Shown: piece by piece, positions 7,702-15,375 of the stretch
How positions within the stretch are numbered: position 1 is the stretch's first letter
How the letters are laid out: each line of letters opens with the position of its first letter
Source of the DNA: Candidatus Thalassarchaeaceae archaeon
GTDB lineage: Archaea; Thermoplasmatota; Poseidoniia; Poseidoniales; Thalassarchaeaceae
Length of the DNA stretch: 32,000 bases
Assembly (NCBI GenBank): GCA_045568075.1
Contig: JBJLBP010000001.1
Location: 390,001 to 422,000 of the forward strand
Direction: 5' to 3'
Notes under the pieces: generated by a model
The model's database searches: none
The model's input: the letters and a program-made list of their open reading frames with translations, nothing else
What the model was told of the DNA's origin: nothing
Translations under genes and position numbers: made by a program

Positions 7702-10284
7702 ATGCGTCGCATATCCGCCGTGATGATGGTCCTCGTTCTCCTGACCGCGGCAGCACCAGTTATCGATGCTGCAAGCAAGGGTGTGATCTCTTGTACGCCA
7801 GCCGACTTGGAGATGCTTCCTGCTAACTGGGATATCGACGATGGAGCCTGCGTCAGAGTTGATTTGGGCGTCCTATCTCCTGGAGATACGCTTTCCTTCG
7901 ATGTCAACGCGAATACAGATGTTGACTTGCTTCTATTCTCAGCAAGCTCGATTTCCGTCTATCAAAACGAACAAAATTATCGCCATGAAACAGTTTGGCA
8001 GGGCGAGTCTGTATTCGAGTCATTTACTGGAGAAGGCACTTGGCATTGGACCACGCCCGACGATCGTGGCGATACTCGATGGTATCTCGTGCTCGACAAT
8101 ATGGCACACCCGCAGGATCAGGGTAATGGTGCTCAGGGTGGATCTCTGGCTAGTGTAATTCTTGACGTTGAAGAAGTCGATTCACCTGTCTTCGGCGTGG
8201 TTGACACAATCGTTCGCCTCGAAACAGGGGGTCACTCGGTACTCGCAGGTCCTTTGATGCTTGATGAAGGGACTCAAATCAATTTCTTTGCGACAACGAT
8301 GGAGGGGCATCCTGACATTTTCCTCATGACTCAACCCCAACTCGATCTTTACCAGCAAGGTGGAACAGCCGCGACTCGAATCGATGAGACTGACATGTTA
8401 CTGGTTTCTGACGAGCGAACCCTCGCTTGGTCGGTCACATCCGAGTACGCGGGCCAGGATCTCTTCCTCGTCGTCGACAATCGCGCAGGTCCCTCGGGTG
8501 GTGGCGCGGGTACGGGCTATGTCGCGACCACTGTGGTGATGGATTTGGTCCCGGTTCTCAATCCCATGATTACTAATTCATCGACTCTGAGTATAGTCGA
8601 TGTTGGCGCCGAGATTCTTCTCGACGCATCGGAAACACCGAATCTCTCGAATCAGATAGATCGCGAAACAGGATTCCAGTGGGATACCAACGGAGATGGA
8701 TACCACGATACTGCTGGCACTTCGATCATGGTCAGTTGGGACGAGCCGACGCAGATCAGTGTCGGCCTACGCGTCGTCTCCGAGGATGGCCGAAGCGCCA
8801 GTATCTATTTCGACATATCAGTCGAGGATATTTCGCCACCGAGCGTCAGTCTTTCAGCCACCGATACGATACGCAAGGATTTCGATGACCAACTTTTGTT
8901 GACCGCTTCAATCGAGGATAATTGGGGCATTCAAACAGTCGAATGGCTTGTCGATGACGAGGTCATCGATTACTACAGTAATTGGGATTGGCAAGATGGA
9001 AAGACATTCACATTCCGCTTCGATTCATCCTACGAACCCGGCGACCACGAGGTTAAGCTGAGGGTGACTGATAAGGAGAGTCAGATTACTGAAAAGATTG
9101 CAATCATCGATCTTTATGATTCGACTCCACCGATTGTGCCTGAACAGACGGTGGAGATGACAGTGATTTTGGGAGAACCATATCAATTCAACGCTGAGGC
9201 TATGGATGCTGAATCTCCGAATATGCAATTCTACTGGGACTTTGATGCCGAGACGGATAGCGACGACGACGGTATTACCGACAATGATGTAGACGCGAGC
9301 GGTGCAAAGGTCATCCAAGACTTCCAGATTAGAGGCACTATCCAAGTGATTTGCACAGTTGTAAATGATGCTGGAGTTTCAACGCAAGTCACTTACTACG
9401 TGACTGTGCGCTCTCTTGCTGACGACGACTCCGGAATCACTCCAATGGTCATTGCTCTGTTGGCTGTAATTCTGGTTCTACTCTTAGTCGGTGGTGTTGG
9501 CATGATATCGTGGCGCAGAATGTCAAACGCGCGCCTAGAAGCGCTACTCGCCGAGCAGGCCGAAGCCGAGGAAGAAGAACCTCGCGAACTCTCCGTAGAG
9601 GAGCAGAAAGCGATGTTCGGTGCTGGTTCTGTAACAATGGATCAACCCGCTTCGATGTCGACGACATCTCCGTTTGGACAGTATGGCACGGGGATGTCGG
9701 GTGCCAGTGACCCACAGGCGACTATCGGCTCGGATGTGGCGATGGGTGATTCTGACCTTGAGGCTCTGATGAACACACCCGGTCCGATTACCGCAGACGC
9801 ACCATCCAGCCCGGCCGCGGACTTACTCGCTGAATTTGGCGAGGATGATTCGGTTGGCCGAGATGAAATAGTCGAATTTTCACATGATGACGGCGCTGGC
9901 ACCAGCGATGATATTTGGTCACCAGAAGGTGTTGTTGGAGATGAGATGGCAGACGCTTTGCCGGCTCCTCCTCCTCCTGCCCAAGAGCCGGATGCAAATT
10001 CACTACTCGATGATGACCTCCCGACCCCTCCTCCGCCGGTCAGCGAGGATTTACCATCTCCACCAGCACCAGAAGAGGTCGAATCCGATGTGGAAGACGT
10101 AGTGGAAGACGTAGAAGATTCAGAAGATCTGCAAGAATCTGAAGAATCCGAGCCCGAATCCCGACTTGTGCAACAGGATTGTAGCCAGTGTGAGCAGCGA
10201 TTCGAAGTCACACTTCCAGAGGGTCATGATGTTGCTAGGACAGCTTGCCCATCCTGCGGCGCAATTGAGACAGTGAGCCTCTGA
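7702..10284 (+). CDS. Surface protein A: signal peptide, duplicated N-terminal beta module, PKD-like domains, TM helix, acidic/Pro-rich cytoplasmic tail, C-terminal zinc ribbon
   Basis: Signal peptide MRRISAVMMVLVLLTAAAPVIDA (GTG 7687 is the alternative start). PKD-like blocks FQWDTNGDGYHD...VGLRVVSEDG and FYWDFDAETDSDDDGITDNDVD...VICTVVNDAGV. TM helix ITPMVIALLAVILVLLLVGGVGMIS (9436-9510). Tail with PPPP runs and VEDVVEDVED. Zinc ribbon CSQC-x18-CPSC (10180-10257). Confidence 0.85.
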   Translation: MRRISAVMMVLVLLTAAAPVIDAASKGVISCTPADLEMLPANWDIDDGACVRVDLGVLSPGDTLSFDVNANTDVDLLLFSASSISVYQNEQNYRHETVWQGESVFESFTGEGTWHWTTPDDRGDTRWYLVLDNMAHPQDQGNGAQGGSLASVILDVEEVDSPVFGVVDTIVRLETGGHSVLAGPLMLDEGTQINFFATTMEGHPDIFLMTQPQLDLYQQGGTAATRIDETDMLLVSDERTLAWSVTSEYAGQDLFLVVDNRAGPSGGGAGTGYVATTVVMDLVPVLNPMITNSSTLSIVDVGAEILLDASETPNLSNQIDRETGFQWDTNGDGYHDTAGTSIMVSWDEPTQISVGLRVVSEDGRSASIYFDISVEDISPPSVSLSATDTIRKDFDDQLLLTASIEDNWGIQTVEWLVDDEVIDYYSNWDWQDGKTFTFRFDSSYEPGDHEVKLRVTDKESQITEKIAIIDLYDSTPPIVPEQTVEMTVILGEPYQFNAEAMDAESPNMQFYWDFDAETDSDDDGITDNDVDASGAKVIQDFQIRGTIQVICTVVNDAGVSTQVTYYVTVRSLADDDSGITPMVIALLAVILVLLLVGGVGMISWRRMSNARLEALLAEQAEAEEEEPRELSVEEQKAMFGAGSVTMDQPASMSTTSPFGQYGTGMSGASDPQATIGSDVAMGDSDLEALMNTPGPITADAPSSPAADLLAEFGEDDSVGRDEIVEFSHDDGAGTSDDIWSPEGVVGDEMADALPAPPPPAQEPDANSLLDDDLPTPPPPVSEDLPSPPAPEEVESDVEDVVEDVEDSEDLQESEESEPESRLVQQDCSQCEQRFEVTLPEGHDVARTACPSCGAIETVSL
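10090..10113 (+). repeat. 12-nt tandem duplication (GTGGAAGACGTA x2) inside the tail of A
   Basis: Exact tandem copy that encodes VEDVVEDV within the low-complexity acidic tail. Confidence 0.8.
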
Positions 10285-10372
10285 TTCATTTGAATTGAAG
10301 TCGTCCCTCGTCGAGTTCCCGGAACATGGCAAGACGACGCATCAACTACACCTGCCGCCCAAGACCCTAAAT

Positions 10373-10391
10373 CGCACCTCATAGAGGTGCG
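10373..10391 (+). promoter_or_regulatory. Perfect 8-bp hairpin (CGCACCTC-ATA-GAGGTGCG) containing the SD of gene B
   Basis: The inverted repeat is read directly from the sequence. The 3-prime arm GAGGTG (10384-10389) lies 5 nt before ATG 10395, matching the SD spacing seen at other genes here. Confidence 0.55.
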
Positions 10392-10394
10392 CTC

Positions 10395-13300
10395 ATGGAA
10401 CACGGTTCAGTGCGCTTAATCAGCAAAGCGCCGCGAGCCCGAATTTCACTACCAATTCTGATTGTAGCACTATTTCTTCTTCCAACTCTCGCCCCTTTCG
10501 CTGCCGTCAGTGGAGAGGCGAGAATCGAATCTGAGGACTTCGCAATTCTCAATGAGCTCAGCGAAGTCCTCGACCAACGCGAGCAGGTGGTCAGCAGCGA
10601 TACTGTGAGCAAACTTGCTGGACCTTTACTCGATCAAGTTCGGGTCGGTGTACAGGAGACTTCAGTCGCCGATCCACTCCATGATATCGACGAGGCTCTC
10701 GACGAGGTATCAATGGTCGAAACCGCTGCACCACAAGTCATTCATCCCGAACCTTACATCATTCTGACTGACGAAAATAGCCGCCCTCCTGGCGAAGTCA
10801 GAACCATTTGGTCGACTCTTTTCAATCTCACAGATTACGTCATTTGGACACGATATGTAGACGATGAGGGTAATGTCGTCGAGCAATCTGAGACCATAAC
10901 CTTCCTCACATCTCTCCTATCTCTTTTCGACTCTGAGACCGAATTTTTGCTTCATCAGGTCGACATCGACCAGGATGGTGATGACGACATTCAGGTTGGT
11001 CTCAGCATCGAGATCAGTGACCCCGAACTCGATGGAACCACACTTTCAGTCGCGCCTCAACTCGATTACAAGATCAGTGTGCTGCCCTCAAGCATGACTG
11101 ATTCCGATTGGGAAAATCTAGAAACTCTAGAAGTGAGTCTTCTCAAAGCATTCGCGTATTCCGATGGAATCCTTACCGAGGGTGAATCATACGTTTGGGT
11201 TATTGATTCAAAATTCACTCATACACCTTACGATTTCACCCTCGGAGTTGGTCTCGAACGATTCTACTTCGATCTCTCAGAAGCGGGGGCCGATTTCCTC
11301 CTATCGATTTTCAATGCGCTATCCTTCGGCGTGTTCAACGGTGGTGATGAATCTGGAATTACAATCGCTTCAATCGCCGCTCCATACCAGATATCAATAG
11401 ACAATTCCGGCCAGACCGAATGTCCAGATCGCTACTCGCCGATTGAACTCACAACTCTTCCATCCAGTCAAATCTCCTGTGGAGTCACAGCAGGCTTCGG
11501 TTACGTCCACTATTCTCCTCCAAATATCGAAGATGAACGAGATGTCTGGGAGGTGGCCTACATTGAAGCCGCAATTCACCCTAATCGTCTCTCCACCACC
11601 CTCCCTGAACAGCTTGATCTCACAATCCGAACTGATAGCACGATGGCCGACGGCACGGGCAGTGCTGGTGAAAATGGCCTGACAACCGTCGAGTACTGGG
11701 CCGATGAGCGCGCAGACCTCCACATACACTTCCACGAGAACCGCTCAGAGGTTCCACCCGAGAATGCCGATGGAACTTATGGTAACTCAACCGACTCCAT
11801 CGGCTGGCTGCGCGGAATGCCTGCAGGCAGCCTCACCACAGAGGAGATCGATCGCACTTTCACCATGCTCGGTTCAAAGTCCGAGCCTCAACTACCTGGT
11901 GGCCAACCGAATCAACTCGGCCTCATCATCGGTGTCAAGAATTTCACCCGCGATACATCGCAGAACGTCGACGACCCCTCTCTCCCAGTCAATCCAGCAT
12001 ACCCGCCAAAGACTCTCGTTCTGGTAAGGTCAGTCCAATCGCTTGAGGAGGTGGATTATCATTCTTGGATGAAACGTGGTGGCGCGGCCACCGACCATCG
12101 GCGGATCGAAATTACTGCTCAAGACTTACCGACCGCCGTCGTGCTCTTTGGCTCATTTGAGTTAGGTGGGACTGAAGAGGCAGACACAAGTCTCGATTCG
12201 GCACAAAATCTTGATTTCATGTCGAGAATCTTCGATGTTGTCCTGATCAACATAGTCGACCTCTTCCTCGATATCGGCACTATTCTGAACGACATTCCAT
12301 CTGCCACAGTCGACGTCATCAGCGGTGGAGTCGGCGGTTCGGGTGGCCTAACAGGACAGACTCTTCACCTATTGATGAATGATCATTGGAGAGCCGATCG
12401 ACAGGCTAGGTCAATCTCAGAAATCGGCCTGCAGATCGGTTCAAGCTCGCATCCTACGATGCCTGGCGATCATCTGATCCTCGCAAAAGACAGACAGTTG
12501 GAGACAGTTCAAGGGCGTCAGGGTCCGGTGGTGCCGATGGTGGTAGTAGCTGCGAGTTTACGTTTCAGTGGTCTGAGCCAGTTCACTCTTATCGATGATC
12601 TCGAGTCGGAATCCCAACAGGTTTCACTCCTGACTTCGTCGGAAAAACAGTTCTCATTCCTTTACATCGATCACAAACCGAATGATCTCAGCGGCGCAGC
12701 CCATCAAGGCGTCCGAATATCCGATATTCCGGACAATCTCTCCGCCGAACTCACACCCCAACTCGCAACATACCAAGCTAGTTCCTCTATCGATAGTATC
12801 AGTTACACTGGTATTGATGGTGACCAACGGCAGGCGACTCACGTTCTCGATTTGCCTGCCGAGTTTGAGATTGAATTTGGCGATGTGACTACTTGGAGCG
12901 CTTCATCGCCGATTTCTTCCATTCATGCCCAACTCACAGATTCTACAAATCCTGTGACGATGGGCGGCGATCACTTCCTTTTCCATCACGAGCCGTCCGA
13001 TGGTAGCTCGACTATCTCAACTCGTATTTCGGGATTGCAAGAGGTTGGCTGGCGAGCACCAGCCGAACCAGGTGCCAGTGGAGCAATTGGTCGTGGCACC
13101 GCTTTCATGACCGCTGCCGGCGACCGCACGATGAGCATCAATGTCGATCATGCGCCGACTCAGGATGAGGGGGGCTTGTCGGCGCTCGTTCTCATCGATC
13201 CACTTCCATCCACTATCTCGGTCGATATTCCAACGGGAGCCGATGCAGGAAACAGCCTCGTCTTCCCCGAATTGAACACGACTCAAGGTGTCGCTGGCGT

Positions 13301-14762
13301 GGCTTTCTTCCTTGGCGGTTTTGCCGATCTCGGTCGCTCTGTGAACACGGTCCTCGCTGGTGTGACAAGTGAAATTTCGACAGGATCCGATGGTGGCAAT
13401 GGTTCATTCTCTTACGGTCTTCAGCTCGATGCAGACAGTAATTTTGACCTGATTTTCGAAGCCAGCCATGGAAATGGCACTGCGGATGCCCCACCTTGGG
13501 TACACGGAATCGCGCTGAACGCAGCACCTTCAGGAATATCGGATGGCTTCCATATCCGTGGATGGATTCCAGATTTACCTCCGATAATCGATATCTCGGT
13601 CAGTCGAACCCCGACTTCAACCGGTGAAGAATGGGCAATCGCCATGGGTTTGGATGGATGGTTGCCCGCGCGCAGTGAATTCATGCTGAACTCGCGCGGT
13701 ATCAACGGTCAGGACCTGATGATGACACTGCAAGGCTTGACCGTTGGTGAATCAACTGCACTAGGACTCGATTCGGAATTCTTGATCCGAGAAACAAGTG
13801 GTGGGATTACCGAAGTAACAACAACGACTCACTTCGTGATGTCGAATAGACTCGATTGGATTCATGCTCTTCTAATCAATCGAGAGGCCGGCGCACGGAC
13901 GGAGATGCTGATCAATGACATTCCCGAATCCATCGATTTGCGCGCCAGTCTAGGCACGTCCATATCGCTGGATATGACCGTGCCAGATGCATATCGTCGA
14001 GCCGGTCCTGCCGTGGACTCGATGATGATGCAACAGATGCAATGGATGGACGGTTCTTGGTGGCCGGCTACGATTTTCCTGACCGACGTCCCTGACGCGA
14101 TTAATCTCACGACAGAGCCAGATCTCGATTTTGACATCACCAAAAGTCTCGCATTCCAAGGGACTCCTGTACTCGACTTCTCCGCCTCGGCTGATGGAAT
14201 GTCACTCTACATCGAAGCCAACGGCCGCGCTATCAACAGTCGAGGCGAAATCATCCTCCTCGCCGAGGGCATGACCGATCGAATGGTCATCAAACCGACT
14301 GAGGATTATGGTCTCGCGATTCGCAGTGGAGGCGATGGAGTCGATCGAATCTATTTGCGCGCCTCCAATATGCCGACAACTCCTCCTGTTGTCCTCGAAG
14401 AAATGGAGGCGCTTGGCGAGAATTTGCGAAGCGCGACGATTCATGTCATTGAGATAGTCGGCCCATACAGCGTCATTGAGATAGAAGATGTACAAGGTGG
14501 ACGAATCGTTGCATCCGCGCGCGCGACGGCTGAAGTCGAAGCCATTGGTATGACCTTTGATTTGCGTGGCGTTCTACTCGACGCTCAGACCACCGGAGGA
14601 GTACCGACTGGAACCAGTCTTGGGGTAAACGGTCTCGCTTCCGATCTCTCGCTGCTGAATCTAATCCCTGGATTTGAAGGCTCCACCCATCACATAATTG
14701 TCCCGGAGCCTCTCTCATCCGGTGTGCTAACATTCTGCGCTACATTCCTGGGAGGTGACTAA
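10395..14762 (+). CDS. Giant secreted protein B (1455 aa), no recognisable family
   Basis: Uninterrupted 4.4-kb ORF. N-terminal signal/anchor RARISLPILIVALFLLPTLAPFAAVSG. Acidic and Ser/Thr-rich, with a DxDxDG-type loop (DIDQDGDDD, around 10967-11000). No C-terminal TM helix. No catalytic or repeat motif recognised by eye. Confidence 0.85.
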   Translation: MEHGSVRLISKAPRARISLPILIVALFLLPTLAPFAAVSGEARIESEDFAILNELSEVLDQREQVVSSDTVSKLAGPLLDQVRVGVQETSVADPLHDIDEALDEVSMVETAAPQVIHPEPYIILTDENSRPPGEVRTIWSTLFNLTDYVIWTRYVDDEGNVVEQSETITFLTSLLSLFDSETEFLLHQVDIDQDGDDDIQVGLSIEISDPELDGTTLSVAPQLDYKISVLPSSMTDSDWENLETLEVSLLKAFAYSDGILTEGESYVWVIDSKFTHTPYDFTLGVGLERFYFDLSEAGADFLLSIFNALSFGVFNGGDESGITIASIAAPYQISIDNSGQTECPDRYSPIELTTLPSSQISCGVTAGFGYVHYSPPNIEDERDVWEVAYIEAAIHPNRLSTTLPEQLDLTIRTDSTMADGTGSAGENGLTTVEYWADERADLHIHFHENRSEVPPENADGTYGNSTDSIGWLRGMPAGSLTTEEIDRTFTMLGSKSEPQLPGGQPNQLGLIIGVKNFTRDTSQNVDDPSLPVNPAYPPKTLVLVRSVQSLEEVDYHSWMKRGGAATDHRRIEITAQDLPTAVVLFGSFELGGTEEADTSLDSAQNLDFMSRIFDVVLINIVDLFLDIGTILNDIPSATVDVISGGVGGSGGLTGQTLHLLMNDHWRADRQARSISEIGLQIGSSSHPTMPGDHLILAKDRQLETVQGRQGPVVPMVVVAASLRFSGLSQFTLIDDLESESQQVSLLTSSEKQFSFLYIDHKPNDLSGAAHQGVRISDIPDNLSAELTPQLATYQASSSIDSISYTGIDGDQRQATHVLDLPAEFEIEFGDVTTWSASSPISSIHAQLTDSTNPVTMGGDHFLFHHEPSDGSSTISTRISGLQEVGWRAPAEPGASGAIGRGTAFMTAAGDRTMSINVDHAPTQDEGGLSALVLIDPLPSTISVDIPTGADAGNSLVFPELNTTQGVAGVAFFLGGFADLGRSVNTVLAGVTSEISTGSDGGNGSFSYGLQLDADSNFDLIFEASHGNGTADAPPWVHGIALNAAPSGISDGFHIRGWIPDLPPIIDISVSRTPTSTGEEWAIAMGLDGWLPARSEFMLNSRGINGQDLMMTLQGLTVGESTALGLDSEFLIRETSGGITEVTTTTHFVMSNRLDWIHALLINREAGARTEMLINDIPESIDLRASLGTSISLDMTVPDAYRRAGPAVDSMMMQQMQWMDGSWWPATIFLTDVPDAINLTTEPDLDFDITKSLAFQGTPVLDFSASADGMSLYIEANGRAINSRGEIILLAEGMTDRMVIKPTEDYGLAIRSGGDGVDRIYLRASNMPTTPPVVLEEMEALGENLRSATIHVIEIVGPYSVIEIEDVQGGRIVASARATAEVEAIGMTFDLRGVLLDAQTTGGVPTGTSLGVNGLASDLSLLNLIPGFEGSTHHIIVPEPLSSGVLTFCATFLGGD

Positions 14763-14763
14763 T

Positions 14764-15333
14764 ATGGGCTTGTTAGAGAAGATGCGCAATGCCGAGGAAG
14801 AGACTCGAGAGGATATAGACGAGGCCACTGAGCGCGCTCACGAAATTCTGCAAATCGTTGGCGAGCGTGTCGAGCAAGTTCGACCGAGTCGAGTGATATT
14901 CGCCTCGGTCGCCGTTCTGTTGATTGTCAGCGGGATGTTCATCATTGGAACTTGGTTAGTCCCATACGACCGGACGAGCGTAGATGTGGTATACATTCAA
15001 GGGGGCTCTGGTCACGTTGTTTTGGTCGAATTAGACAACAAAGGATCTCGCTCGATAACCGACGTTAATCTTGACATTCGATTCCTCGATGATGCAAGTC
15101 TCGAAATCGGTAGATCTAACTTCCAAGCTGGTGAAATCGCCGCCCATACTTCGATTGCTGGAGACGACTTGGAATTGCTCATCGCCGGCGCTTCAGTCTG
15201 GGAGAATTACACGATTGAAATCATTCTCGATTACACATATGGAGGCGATGATTATCACGAACGCTGGACCTACAATGTCGGTGGGTGGCAGATGGAGATG
15301 TTCACTTACAATGCCCCGATTCACTTCTTCTGA
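14764..15333 (+). CDS. Small single-pass membrane protein C (189 aa) with a beta-sandwich-like ectodomain
   Basis: ATG lies 1 nt after the TAA of B, and GGAGGTGA (14751-14758) lies inside the end of B. The protein has an acidic helical N-terminus (EKMRNAEEETREDIDEATERAHE), the TM helix VIFASVAVLLIVSGMFIIGTWLV, and a ~125-aa domain with a CARDB-like strand motif (VLVELDNKGSRSITDVNLDIRF). Confidence 0.8.
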   Translation: MGLLEKMRNAEEETREDIDEATERAHEILQIVGERVEQVRPSRVIFASVAVLLIVSGMFIIGTWLVPYDRTSVDVVYIQGGSGHVVLVELDNKGSRSITDVNLDIRFLDDASLEIGRSNFQAGEIAAHTSIAGDDLELLIAGASVWENYTIEIILDYTYGGDDYHERWTYNVGGWQMEMFTYNAPIHFF

Positions 15334-15350
15334 CACGACCTACGGTCGTG
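15334..15350 (+). promoter_or_regulatory. Hairpin H1: CACGACC-TAC-GGTCGTG
   Basis: A perfect 7-bp inverted repeat with a 3-nt spacer starts on the base after the TGA of gene C. Confidence 0.5.
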
Positions 15351-15375
15351 ATTCAAGACCATCCATCCAACCCGA

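Noticed and set aside
10090-10113. Short tandem repeats (12 nt x2 here; 9 nt x3 at 28187-28213) as regulatory or contingency loci
   Set aside because: Both are in frame (multiples of 3) within low-complexity coding tails. Copy-number change would only lengthen the tail and would not switch the gene off.
9642-10211. 189-aa minus-strand ORF, Ser/Gly-rich, antisense to the tail of protein A
   Set aside because: It is the mirror image of a low-complexity acidic/proline coding region (GAA/GAT-rich sense codons read as Ser-rich antisense). It has no start context, and the plus-strand ORF is continuous with clear domains.
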